From positions 1 through 64,000 of the IMG/VR virus record IMGVR_UViG_3300037467_001931: a stretch of DNA of 64,000 nucleotides. One strand, written 5' to 3'. This stretch comes from a virus. This document shows, piece after piece, positions 42,847-51,913 of this stretch (position 1 is the first letter of the stretch; every line of letters begins with the position of its first letter). The notes beneath the pieces are model-generated. The model searched no databases. It had not been told where the DNA came from and worked only from the letters and a program-made list of their open reading frames with translations. Both the position numbers and the translations under genes were made by a program.

Positions 42847-43056
42847 ATGTTAACATTAAAGAAAGTAAACAAAGAGATCAAAGCTCGTGGTATCGATGCT
42901 GAGCTTGCAAGGGCGAATGGTTATTTTTACTTCTTTGGGGTGTCGGTTGAAAGATGTTATTCAACAATGATTTATTGTAATTCTCTGAATCGACTTACCT
43001 TGGAACAATGGATGAATGATTTAGATTATTTTGTTAGGGAACATGACGCAAGATGA
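42847..43056 (+). CDS. hypothetical protein
   Basis: 69-aa ORF after the PeSL cassette. Confidence 0.5.
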   Translation: MLTLKKVNKEIKARGIDAELARANGYFYFFGVSVERCYSTMIYCNSLNRLTLEQWMNDLDYFVREHDAR

Positions 43057-43271
43057 TTAATCAAGATCCGAAACCAAATTGTCCAGCATGTGGAGAAGGG
43101 TATCTTCTCCCTAGGCAAATGTTTGAAAGAGTAACGCATAATGGAGTTGAAGGAAGTATTACATTGTATTACTCCGAATGCAATCATTGTGGTTCAGAAT
43201 TGGCTGGTAAGGAAGAATCAAACCGCAATAAAGTTTCAATGTTAATTTTTAAGGCAATAGCCGAATCATAG
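43053..43271 (+). CDS. YgiT/MqsA-type zinc-ribbon protein (no HTH domain)
   Basis: CPACGEGYL...(29 aa)...CNHCGSEL. The spacing and length fit the MqsA N-terminal zinc ribbon. Confidence 0.45.
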   Translation: MINQDPKPNCPACGEGYLLPRQMFERVTHNGVEGSITLYYSECNHCGSELAGKEESNRNKVSMLIFKAIAES

Positions 43272-43322
43272 AAATCCATTTAAAGCTAAATAATATATAT
43301 TAACTTAGCTGATGGATTTCTA
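43269..43322 (+). promoter_or_regulatory. long two-tier hairpin spanning an upstream stop and a downstream start
   Basis: TAGAAATCCAT (43269-79) pairs with ATGGATTTCTA (43312-22). The inner stem is AGCTAA (43284-89)/TTAGCT (43305-10). Confidence 0.5.
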
Positions 43323-45238
43323 TGAAAGGTTTTTCTGGTTCCACACAACAACACCCAAAAATTGTATTTTCAGTTCTTGAAGGAGAAATACCTTCTTTAA
43401 CAGAAGAATTAATTGTAAGAACTGGAAATAAACTTTCTGTGGAAAATGAAGTAGATCACATCGTTCTTCTTCCACACTCTCCAATAAACGAGTCTGAAGT
43501 AATAAAGAATTACCTTAGCCAGTTCTCTACAGGATTGGTTTATTACTCTTCGAAAGAAGAAGTAAAATCAGCAATTTCAAGTTATAATCCTCTGCATGTT
43601 GTTTGTGAAGAAATCAATTCACGAACTTTCAAGAATTCATTCCCAGTAAAGAGTTACAATTTTCCCATCAAAGAATCTATTATTGATGGTAAATTAGATC
43701 AATTTTCAAAGTGTTCATTTAATGGACTCAGGGAGATTGATTGTAAATTTTTATTTAATTTAATGAGGGAACATTTTAATCTAGAACCATTAATAGAAAA
43801 AATAGATTTACCAAAGAATGATTTAAGAGAACAATACTTCAAGGGTGATATATTTAAAATTGGTCAAACTGTGGAAACCAAAGGAGAATTGTATGAAATT
43901 ATTAATCGCGGTAGTAATTATTTGGTCCTAGTTGATTCTGTTGGTGATATACATAAATCTTGGATTAATGATACAAATACCACTACAGAAACTATTGTTT
44001 GGAATCCATTAATTTCTGAAGGAGAAGTGTTCTTCAAGGGATATTCTTCAAAGAACTTTCATATTGCAAATAAAGAATTAAAAGAAAAAATAGAAAGGGT
44101 AATTGAAGAAAACGTTGATCCCTTCATTATTCTTAATTTGGTTAAAATGATTGATGATTTCATTATTTCTAATGATGAAACAACTTTAAATAAAATAAAC
44201 GAAAACCTCTCTAAGCTAGAGAAGCAGAAACCCATTTCCGAAGATGTTATGTCATCTGACTTTAAATTATCTTCAGATGGAAGAAGAATTAGAGCACATA
44301 GAATAACCTTCAAGAACAAGGTAAACGGTAAAAAAGATCAGTCTGAAGAAGATGATCAAGAACAAGTAAAAGAAGAACTTGATACTAAATTAGAATACCA
44401 TGATGAACTTAATCCTAAACTCTGGAAGGATGATAAATTAATTCCAATTGTTAGGAACAAGTTATTAAAGATTGCTGATAAATTCGAGGACTTCCTGGAT
44501 AAGGATGGAAAAATACTTGATATCGTAGATGTTATAATTACCGGATCAAATTGTAATTACAATTATACTCCTCAATCAGATATTGATTTACATTTAATTG
44601 TTGATCTTTCTGACATTGAAGATAAAGAATTAATGGCTGCGTTCTTAACAGCAAAGAAAACTTTATGGAAAGATCAGCACGATATTACCATAAAAGGATA
44701 TGATGTTGAATTATATGCTCAAGATAAAGATGATAAACTTGTTGCAACAGGAATGTATTCTATTCGTAAAGATAAATGGATAGAAAAACCTCAACATCTT
44801 GAATTAAAAGTTGACAATTTCTCTGTTCAAGCAAAGGCTTGTGACATTATTAATCAAATAGATCAAATACTTGATAATGGTGGAACAGTTGAAAGAATAG
44901 ATGCTGTTAAAGCTAAGATAAAGAAATTGAGATCAGCAGGTCTTTCAACAGGTGGAGAATTTTCTGTAGAGAATCTTGCGTTCAAAGCCATTAGGAATAA
45001 TGGATATTTTGAAAAACTAAATAATTTAAAGAAAGCAATTACAGATAAAGAATTGTCTTTAGAAAGCACAGTGGTCGTTGATAAAAATAGAACCGATAAC
45101 GCTTCTAAAGATATAATGTCTTATGACGATTTTAAAACTCTAGTAAAGAAATTAAAAACTTCAGTAAATTATCCAGGCCATTCATTGGGTGATAGAGAAG
45201 ACTTAAGAAAACTAAAAATAAAGTACGGATACGAATAA
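43322..45238 (+). CDS. large protein with Pol-beta-type nucleotidyltransferase domain
   Basis: VIITGSNCNYNYTPQSDIDLHLIVD is a GS-x(n)-DxD NTase motif. The rest of the 638 aa is unassigned. Confidence 0.5.
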   Translation: MKGFSGSTQQHPKIVFSVLEGEIPSLTEELIVRTGNKLSVENEVDHIVLLPHSPINESEVIKNYLSQFSTGLVYYSSKEEVKSAISSYNPLHVVCEEINSRTFKNSFPVKSYNFPIKESIIDGKLDQFSKCSFNGLREIDCKFLFNLMREHFNLEPLIEKIDLPKNDLREQYFKGDIFKIGQTVETKGELYEIINRGSNYLVLVDSVGDIHKSWINDTNTTTETIVWNPLISEGEVFFKGYSSKNFHIANKELKEKIERVIEENVDPFIILNLVKMIDDFIISNDETTLNKINENLSKLEKQKPISEDVMSSDFKLSSDGRRIRAHRITFKNKVNGKKDQSEEDDQEQVKEELDTKLEYHDELNPKLWKDDKLIPIVRNKLLKIADKFEDFLDKDGKILDIVDVIITGSNCNYNYTPQSDIDLHLIVDLSDIEDKELMAAFLTAKKTLWKDQHDITIKGYDVELYAQDKDDKLVATGMYSIRKDKWIEKPQHLELKVDNFSVQAKACDIINQIDQILDNGGTVERIDAVKAKIKKLRSAGLSTGGEFSVENLAFKAIRNNGYFEKLNNLKKAITDKELSLESTVVVDKNRTDNASKDIMSYDDFKTLVKKLKTSVNYPGHSLGDREDLRKLKIKYGYE

Positions 45239-46642
45239 ATGAAAAATTTTAAAGAATTTTTAGAAGAATCAAAGGCAAATAATGTTCTTTCTGATAAATT
45301 GAAGAATATGAATTCACTTAAGAAATTCAGTTACCCTACTCCTGAGGAAAGACGAGCACAATTAGCAAAAGAAAAAGAAAAGAAAGATGTTAAGGAATCA
45401 GAAGATCTTGATGAGTCAGATGGCGTTAAATCAGGTGGTGTAGGTGGATATGCTAAGGCAACTACTTCAAAAGGAATTAAAAGAGACACAACAGATTCTT
45501 CGAAATTTGATAAAAGAACCGATGAATTAGTTCTTTCTGGTGACCACGAAAGCTTATTAAAGCATCTATCGACTCATGTCAATGGGAAAAGTAGAAAAAG
45601 AGATGCTTATATTGCTAAATTAAAGAATTCTATCACCAGTAAGATGAAAAAAGAATCATTGGAATATCTCGATGAAAGAACAAATCAAGAGCACGAATTC
45701 ATAATGCAATCACTTGCTGATAAAGATATCAATTCCCATATTAAAGATGGCAAAGTGGTTGTTCATAAAGATAATGTAGCAAAAGCTAAATCACAATTGA
45801 AGAAGATGGGTCATGAAATGCAAGTTGTCCATGAAGGATTCGAAGAATTAGAAGAAGCAATGGTTGGGCATACAACAAAAAGTTTATCAAAGTATGTAAA
45901 ATCACTTGGGTGGACTCTTGTCAGAACTGATGGTGGCCACGATGTTTACAAGCACCCAAAATCAGTTAAAAATCTCCCAATCCCAAGACATGCCGGAGAA
46001 CTATCTAGGCCCACAGTAGCGAAGATGTTAAAAAGAGCAGAATTTAGAGAAGGGGAAGAAATGTTATCGTTTAAGGAATTTATTACAGAAGATCAAGAAT
46101 GTCAAATTGATGAATCATATAAGAAAAAATATGAAACGGCTCCAGATCGTGTCAAGAGAGTTGCTGACGAAATGGCCAGATTAAGAAAGATGAGCAAATC
46201 TGATCTAATTAGGACATTTCCATCAAGGTTAAATACAAACCATTTAAAGAGTGAGCCAAAGGATATTATTATAGGTGGGCATTTGGAGACAAAATTTTCT
46301 CACAAAGATCTGCGAGCTCACGATAAACATTTCTTTGGTGAATCAACCGAAGTCGTTGAAGATCAAGAGGATTTAATGGAAGATCTTCATGATAGACTTT
46401 CAACTCATATTCGTAATATGCGTAATGATGGTCATCACGTTGTAATTACCGACAGAGGCAGTGATGGTCGTTCTGCAAAATTTGTTTCTACCAAGGGTGG
46501 TATAAAGAGATTACATACTATAACAATGAATAGTATTAAACAAGAAAGAATTGGTGGGAAAGATAAAGAAGAAGAATCTCAGGAAACAGAAAAGAGAGGT
46601 AGAGGTCGTCCAGCCGGAAGTAAGTCTGGAGCAAGAGCTTAA
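45239..46642 (+). CDS. Lys/Glu-rich protein with embedded HicA-like domain and C-terminal AT-hook
   Basis: YVKSLGWTLVRTDGGHDVYKHPKSVKNLPIPRHAGELSRPTVAKMLKRA matches the HicA pattern (G-[GS]-H ... PRH ... ILKQ). The C-terminus KRGRGRPAGSK is an AT-hook. Confidence 0.55.
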   Translation: MKNFKEFLEESKANNVLSDKLKNMNSLKKFSYPTPEERRAQLAKEKEKKDVKESEDLDESDGVKSGGVGGYAKATTSKGIKRDTTDSSKFDKRTDELVLSGDHESLLKHLSTHVNGKSRKRDAYIAKLKNSITSKMKKESLEYLDERTNQEHEFIMQSLADKDINSHIKDGKVVVHKDNVAKAKSQLKKMGHEMQVVHEGFEELEEAMVGHTTKSLSKYVKSLGWTLVRTDGGHDVYKHPKSVKNLPIPRHAGELSRPTVAKMLKRAEFREGEEMLSFKEFITEDQECQIDESYKKKYETAPDRVKRVADEMARLRKMSKSDLIRTFPSRLNTNHLKSEPKDIIIGGHLETKFSHKDLRAHDKHFFGESTEVVEDQEDLMEDLHDRLSTHIRNMRNDGHHVVITDRGSDGRSAKFVSTKGGIKRLHTITMNSIKQERIGGKDKEEESQETEKRGRGRPAGSKSGARA

Positions 46643-46650
46643 ATAGTTAA

Positions 46651-46658
46651 TATAAATT
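46651..46658 (+). promoter_or_regulatory. candidate T4-type late promoter TATAAATT
   Basis: 7/8 match to TATAAATA, 19 nt upstream of ATG 46677 of a structural-like gene. Confidence 0.35.
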
Positions 46659-46676
46659 TTTTAAAAGAGGAATAAT

Positions 46677-47705
46677 ATGCCATTATGGAGTGACCAGGAC
46701 GCTTCCGGACAATATCCAAAGTACGTCCCAGTAGGAAGAGTTTTAATGATCAGAGTTACTGATGGTGGCTCTGGATACACTGATGGTGCATCAGTTGCAT
46801 GCACCATCGCAACACCAAGCGCAGGTGGAGTAGCCGCAACAGCAACTGCTAATGTTTCTGGTGGTGTTGTTCAATCTATCACAATTACAAATAGTGGAAG
46901 TAAGTATACTTCTACCCCATCTGTAACTGTTCCTGGCGGCACAGGTCTTACAGTTTCTGTTGTTCTTGAACCAAATGTTTATGATCCATCAAGAATTTTC
47001 TTTGTTGATGAAACAGAGGCTGCTCAAGCCTCAAACAGAGCGAAAGGGATTCATGGGGCAGGTTGGTGGTATTTTCATACATATAATGATTGCGAAGGAA
47101 ATACTAGATATAAGACAGAAAATCTTGTAGCAATGACTACACCAAATTCTGTTTCTGGTGACTTAGAAAATACTACTATTGTTAATACTTCAACTACTAT
47201 TGCTTTCTCATTACAACCAGTTTCACAGTCAATTGCTCTAGGAACAATTCTTTCCATCGCAGTAAGCAACGGTGGTTCTGGATATACAAATGGATCAGCA
47301 GTTGCGGTAACATTAACTGGTGGTGGTGGAACTGGAGCAGTTGCAACTGCTAATGTTTCTGGTGGTGTTGTTCAATCAATTACTGTAACAGATCCTGGAT
47401 CTGGTTACACATCAGCTCCAACAGTTTCTATGGCTACTGGAACTGGATTAGTCGCTACCGCGAAAGTTGATGAAGTTACATTTAGTGCTACTGCTGTAGT
47501 ATCACCTTCTGGATCAGCTACATATCAATGGCAAACTGCTGCAATTGGATCAACAAAATATGTTGATATGGCTGGTAAAACTACAAGCTCACTTACTATT
47601 ACTGCTCTTGATTCTACATATAATGGTAAGAGATACAGAGTTAAAGCATCATACACTGGTGCTCCAGTCGCGACTTCAAATCCTGTTACATTAACTATTT
47701 CTTAA
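46677..47705 (+). CDS. virion surface/decoration-type protein with GSGYT repeats and C-terminal Ig-like domain
   Basis: Two about 66-aa repeats (GGSGYT..G.AV....[16 protein letters not shown]..GS.YTS.P.V). The C-terminal segment ATYQWQ...[21 protein letters not shown]...VTLTI is Ig-like. Confidence 0.55.
   Translation: MPLWSDQDASGQYPKYVPVGRVLMIRVTDGGSGYTDGASVACTIATPSAGGVAATATANVSGGVVQSITITNSGSKYTSTPSVTVPGGTGLTVSVVLEPNVYDPSRIFFVDETEAAQASNRAKGIHGAGWWYFHTYNDCEGNTRYKTENLVAMTTPNSVSGDLENTTIVNTSTTIAFSLQPVSQSIALGTILSIAVSNGGSGYTNGSAVAVTLTGGGGTGAVATANVSGGVVQSITVTDPGSGYTSAPTVSMATGTGLVATAKVDEVTFSATAVVSPSGSATYQWQTAAIGSTKYVDMAGKTTSSLTITALDSTYNGKRYRVKASYTGAPVATSNPVTLTIS
46755..46958 (+). repeat. intragenic repeat copy 1
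   Basis: Repeats with 47262-47459. It includes a 35-nt identical core at 46842-46876, equal to 47343-47377. Confidence 0.8.
47262..47459 (+). repeat. intragenic repeat copy 2
   Basis: See copy 1. The shared core is GCAACTGCTAATGTTTCTGGTGGTGTTGTTCAATC. Confidence 0.8.
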
Positions 47706-47709
47706 TTAA

Positions 47710-47731
47710 AGAGGGAGATTAATCTCCCTCT
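47710..47731 (+). terminator. GC-rich hairpin after the structural gene (weak T-tract)
   Basis: AGAGGGAG-ATTAAT-CTCCCTCT. No clear U-run follows. Confidence 0.4.
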
Positions 47732-47737
47732 ACTTAT

Positions 47738-48109
47738 ATGAAGTTGACAGACGAAACGTTTTTACAGTTTGCATTTAAAAATTATGATAACATTCAATGT
47801 TTAACTGTAGAAGAATTTGAAGAGGATTTAAAAAGATTCACATATGTAAAGAAATTATTTTACAGATATAAATATAATAACGATTTGTGTGAAAGAATTA
47901 TACTTAACCATTTGATTGTTCTTTTTAATGTTTTTGGTTCAGAAGCAACAAAGATGCTATTTTTTAAAATGGAAACGGAGTTGTGGAATTATCTTGCGAC
48001 ATTTTTGATTTATCTTCAAAGAATGCCTGATAGTATTCCAGAATTCAATATAATTTCCTCAGAGATATCTTTAGATAAAATGATAATAGACAAGTTGAGG
48101 TTATTATAA
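47738..48109 (+). CDS. hypothetical protein
   Basis: 123-aa ORF. Confidence 0.55.
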   Translation: MKLTDETFLQFAFKNYDNIQCLTVEEFEEDLKRFTYVKKLFYRYKYNNDLCERIILNHLIVLFNVFGSEATKMLFFKMETELWNYLATFLIYLQRMPDSIPEFNIISSEISLDKMIIDKLRLL

Positions 48110-48261
48110 TGAGTTTAAAAAAGAGAGAAAATTTTAAAATTCGTGAGGAAGTCGCAACAAATAACACAGCTGGTGTTGAAGTTAAGAATCCCGATGCTAT
48201 ACCAAAGAAAAAGAGAACTTTTAAAGAATTACTAAAGAGGATATCAAATGTTCCTAATTGA
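48109..48261 (+). CDS. small basic ORF (50 aa)
   Basis: TAATG overlap with the upstream ORF. MSLKKRENFKIREEVATNNTAGVEVKNPDAIPKKKRTFKELLKR... Confidence 0.4.
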   Translation: MSLKKRENFKIREEVATNNTAGVEVKNPDAIPKKKRTFKELLKRISNVPN

Positions 48262-48847
48262 ATTGCTTCCAGAGTATCTTATACATTTGATAGCTCTTAT
48301 TTCCTTTCTTGGTTCATTGTTAATGCCAATAATATCTGCTATACCATTTATAGTTCAGTATAGAATGGCAGTTCAGTATGGATTGTTTATCGTTCTAGTT
48401 ATTAGTATGTTTGTTGAAGGAGTTATTCACACAAATGATATCTGGAAAAATAAGAGTTTGAAACAGGAAATAGTGGTGGCTAAAACGGAACAAAAATCTG
48501 CCGAAAAGACCACCGAGATTGTGGAAAAAGTTGTTATAAAGAAAGTTCTTATTAAAGGAGATACAATTGAAATTCGTACACAAGTTCCTGTCTTTATTCC
48601 AAAAGAAGCTGATTCTAAGTGTGATATTCCTAACTCTTTTGTCCAGTTGTGGAACGCTGCCATCGACGGCAAAATTCCCGAATCCGCCAGAATCCCTGAT
48701 GGAACCACTTCCGAAATTAAATTATCTGAAGTCGAAGAAAACGCCATCGAAAATTTCGGCACCTACAGGGAAGTAGTCAATCAGTGTCAAGGATTACAAG
48801 ATTGGGTGCGAGAACAGAAGAAAATAATTAATAACGAACATGAATAA
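48248..48847 (+). CDS. membrane protein (two N-terminal TM segments)
   Basis: LIALISFLGSLLMPIISAIPFIV and YGLFIVLVISMFVEGVI. Confidence 0.55.
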   Translation: MFLIELLPEYLIHLIALISFLGSLLMPIISAIPFIVQYRMAVQYGLFIVLVISMFVEGVIHTNDIWKNKSLKQEIVVAKTEQKSAEKTTEIVEKVVIKKVLIKGDTIEIRTQVPVFIPKEADSKCDIPNSFVQLWNAAIDGKIPESARIPDGTTSEIKLSEVEENAIENFGTYREVVNQCQGLQDWVREQKKIINNEHE

Positions 48848-49391
48848 TAACGATACAACAATTCAAGAAATAGAAACTTCAATTGCGCTAGTAAAAAAAG
48901 ATGTTGAAAATTTCTCGCACCTTTTCAACAAGCTTGAAGCTGTAGTTGGCAAAATGGGAGAAGTTTCTAATAACATAAATAGATTATTATCTGTTCATGA
49001 TCAGAAATTAGAAACCCTTGACGATAAAATGGAGAAAAGTTCAGGACTTTTTCAAACAGAACTGAAAGAGCTCCATAACCATATTCGCTCTAACAATAGA
49101 GATATTATGGAAAAGTTGAGGTCTTCTGAAGAATCGATCAACAATAATTTAAAATATGTCAGGGAAACTTTAGATAGAGAAAATAAAATTCTTAGAGAAT
49201 CTATTGACAGTGACAATAAATTATTTAAAGAGTCTATTGATAGAGAAAACACAATCATCAGGAATTCTATTATTTCCAACAATCAAAGAATAAGTGCATT
49301 AGAAAGGTGGAGATGGATTGTTATTGGTGGCGCAGCAGTATTATATTTCGTTGTAAACAAAACTCCATTTTCATTGGCAATAGTAAGTTAA
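48840..49391 (+). CDS. coiled-coil protein with C-terminal TM anchor
   Basis: Repeated DRENKILRESID / DSDNKLFKESID / DRENTIIRNSI units. C-terminal WRWIVIGGAAVLYFVV. Confidence 0.55.
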   Translation: MNNNDTTIQEIETSIALVKKDVENFSHLFNKLEAVVGKMGEVSNNINRLLSVHDQKLETLDDKMEKSSGLFQTELKELHNHIRSNNRDIMEKLRSSEESINNNLKYVRETLDRENKILRESIDSDNKLFKESIDRENTIIRNSIISNNQRISALERWRWIVIGGAAVLYFVVNKTPFSLAIVS

Positions 49392-49392
49392 G

Positions 49393-49430
49393 AAAATAAA
49401 TTATACTTAGACACTCGTTTAAAGTATAAT
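49393..49430 (+). promoter_or_regulatory. class-B promoter; the primase ATG follows the -10 by 6 nt
   Basis: AAAATAA-ATTATAC (49400-06)-N17-GTATAAT (49424-30), then TTCGCT, then ATG 49437. Confidence 0.55.
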
Positions 49431-49436
49431 TTCGCT

Positions 49437-50438
49437 ATGCTTTATATTGATCTTAAGTACGTAAGACTTCTTGCGCCAAAATTATCCAACTTCAAACAGG
49501 TGGATACACACGCATATAGATTTCGATGCCCAATTTGTGGTGATTCTAAAAAAAGCCAAACGAAATCCAGAGGTAACATTTTTCCAAGTAAAGGGAAGCT
49601 TCATTATAAATGTTTCAACTGCCATACCCCAATAGGATACCTGGGATTAATAAAACAAGTTGACCCAAATTTATATAAAGAATATCTTTTAGAAAAATAT
49701 AAAAATCCTTCTATTAAAGAAGAATACCTTTTCAAGAAAGAAGAACCAATAGAATTACTTAAAGATTCTATTCTTGATGATTTGATAGAAATTAATGATT
49801 TACGAAAAGATCATCCAGTTATAGAAATTATAGAACATAGGAAGATTCCAAAAGATAAATGGAATAGAATTTATTACACAAAGAAGTTCAAAACTTGGGT
49901 CAACTCTATTCTTCCTGATAAATTTAATGTAGCTAGAGATGATAATCCAAGATTGGTTTTTCCATATTTCAATAAACATGGGAAAGTTTTCGCGGCAAAT
50001 TCTAGAGCATTTGGTGATGAGGAACCTAAATATATTATTACGAAGTTTGATAATAGTTATGAAACGGTTTATGGTTTAGATACAGTTGATTGGGGAAGGC
50101 ACGTGTTTGTTGTGGAAGGACAAATAGATTCTTTGTTTCTTCCAAATTGTCTGGCAGTTTCTGGATCTTCTTTTGATATTGATACAATTAGAAAAATAAA
50201 ATCTAATTGCACATTGATTTTTGATAATGAACCAAGAAATAAACAAATTGTAAAAATAATATCTAATTGTATAGATAAAGGATATAATATATGTTTATTT
50301 CCAAGAACCTTTGAATTTAAAGATATTAATGAAGCAATTATAGGAGGATTAACTGTGGATCAAATTGTTTCAATTATTCGAAAGAATACGTTTAGTGGAA
50401 TTAAAGCAAAATTAATTTTTAGTGATTGGAGAACCTAA
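49437..50438 (+). CDS. gp61: DNA primase gp61
   Basis: LLAPKLSNFKQVDTHAYRFRCPICGDSKKSQTKSRG is colinear with T4 gp61 (LAHLPKFTQVNNSSTFKLRFRCPVCGDSKTDQNKARG). TOPRIM motifs VVEGQIDS and FDNE. Confidence 0.9.
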   Translation: MLYIDLKYVRLLAPKLSNFKQVDTHAYRFRCPICGDSKKSQTKSRGNIFPSKGKLHYKCFNCHTPIGYLGLIKQVDPNLYKEYLLEKYKNPSIKEEYLFKKEEPIELLKDSILDDLIEINDLRKDHPVIEIIEHRKIPKDKWNRIYYTKKFKTWVNSILPDKFNVARDDNPRLVFPYFNKHGKVFAANSRAFGDEEPKYIITKFDNSYETVYGLDTVDWGRHVFVVEGQIDSLFLPNCLAVSGSSFDIDTIRKIKSNCTLIFDNEPRNKQIVKIISNCIDKGYNICLFPRTFEFKDINEAIIGGLTVDQIVSIIRKNTFSGIKAKLIFSDWRT

Positions 50439-50812
50439 TGTTTGAAGACTTTCCTTATATAGATTTTGATGATTTCAATTCATTAGGAATTGATGTTGTA
50501 TTAGAAGATGGAACATATAATGTTCAATTAGTTTTTTTGAATGTTTTAGAGAATAAAGATCCAAGGGAAGGAATGGTTTTTAGAACTCCATTTTTCTGCA
50601 AAAGTCTTGAGGAAGTTGGTGCAAAAATTAAACAACTTCATGATGTAGGAATTTTTTATCATCTAAATATTTTCGCTGCCGGAAATATTATTTCCATAAC
50701 AGAAGATGATGAAGAAGAAGTATTGGAAATAGTAGACTGGAACCAATATTGTGACTTCTCTAAAATAACAGCATTTATTCCAAAATATCAACAATCACAC
50801 ACTATACACTAA
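50438..50812 (+). CDS. hypothetical acidic protein
   Basis: ATG 50438 overlaps the primase TAA (TAATG). The ORF track lists TTG 50426. Confidence 0.5.
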   Translation: MFEDFPYIDFDDFNSLGIDVVLEDGTYNVQLVFLNVLENKDPREGMVFRTPFFCKSLEEVGAKIKQLHDVGIFYHLNIFAAGNIISITEDDEEEVLEIVDWNQYCDFSKITAFIPKYQQSHTIH

Positions 50813-50813
50813 A

Positions 50814-51749
50814 ATGACAGGAATTAAAGCAAAAGTTGTCGCAGACAGCATTTCCAAGAAATTCAAGATTAGATTAATTACACTACAACTAAGATACCCA
50901 AGATTTATCCATGCAGAACTTATGACTCACAGAGTCTTTTCAAGAAATGCTTCTAGTTCGAGAGCAATCCCTGTGATGAAAATGTTAAAACAAGTTTGGA
51001 ATGATCCTGCAATGCCTGTTTATTGGGGAGAGAATAAGGTAGGTATGCAAGCAACTAAGGATGTCAAAGGAATAAAGTTGTGGATGAATAAATTCCTTTG
51101 GAAAACTGCATCAAAGGTAGCGGTTTGTTTTTCCTTTTTGATGCATAAATTTAATCTCCATAAGCAACTTGCAAATAGAATTACCGAACCATGGCAATAT
51201 ATTTCTGTAATTTTAACCTCTACAGAATGGGATAATTTCTTTGAATTAAGAGACCATCCAGCAGCCCAACCAGAAATACAAGAATTGGCTGGAGAAATAA
51301 AAGATGCTATTGAATACTCTTCAACCCCTAAAGAATTAATGGAAGGTGAATGGCATCTCCCATATATCAATGACGAAGAAAGAAAAATATATTCTCTAGA
51401 AACTTTGAAAAAACTTTCGACAGCAAGGAATGCGAGAGTTTCGTATTTAACCCATGATGGTAATTCACCAGATCCATTTAAAGATATTAAACTCCATGAT
51501 GATTTGGTTGTTTCGGTGCCAATACATGCTTCACCTACAGAACATGTAGCTACTCCAGCCGATGATGATAAATTCCATAAGAATTTCAGGGGATGGATTC
51601 AATATAGAGAAGAAGTTGAACGCAATGCTTATTTTTCAAAATGTTTACGTGAAGGTAAAACTTTAACTGTTTCCACATCTTCTCCCAACCAGGTATTTGT
51701 TACCAATGTTACATACACCACAAAGGAAATAGAATGCTTTTTAAAATAA
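50814..51749 (+). CDS. thyX: flavin-dependent thymidylate synthase ThyX
   Basis: ThyX motif region LMTHRVFSRNASSSRAIP, with a C-terminal extension. Confidence 0.8.
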   Translation: MTGIKAKVVADSISKKFKIRLITLQLRYPRFIHAELMTHRVFSRNASSSRAIPVMKMLKQVWNDPAMPVYWGENKVGMQATKDVKGIKLWMNKFLWKTASKVAVCFSFLMHKFNLHKQLANRITEPWQYISVILTSTEWDNFFELRDHPAAQPEIQELAGEIKDAIEYSSTPKELMEGEWHLPYINDEERKIYSLETLKKLSTARNARVSYLTHDGNSPDPFKDIKLHDDLVVSVPIHASPTEHVATPADDDKFHKNFRGWIQYREEVERNAYFSKCLREGKTLTVSTSSPNQVFVTNVTYTTKEIECFLK

Positions 51750-51913
51750 TTCAAAAAATGCTTTCACCAAACACAATTGAAATATCTCTTTATGTTTCGC
51801 ACGAAGATAATAAATGGGAATATATTCCCGTTCAATTTCGAACTATAGAAGAATCTAGGAAATATGCAACGTTATATAAGAAAAACTATGTAGTATCGGA
51901 ATTCGAGCTATGA
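51734..51913 (+). CDS. small ORF (59 aa) coupled to nrdB
   Basis: RBS AAGGAAATAGA. Its stop overlaps the nrdB ATG (ATGA at 51910). Confidence 0.45.
   Translation: MLFKIIQKMLSPNTIEISLYVSHEDNKWEYIPVQFRTIEESRKYATLYKKNYVVSEFEL

Noticed and set aside
43053-43271. A complete MqsR/MqsA toxin-antitoxin module.
   Set aside because: Only the zinc-ribbon half of MqsA is present (72 aa, no HTH). The upstream 69-aa ORF shows no MqsR-like features that I can recognise.
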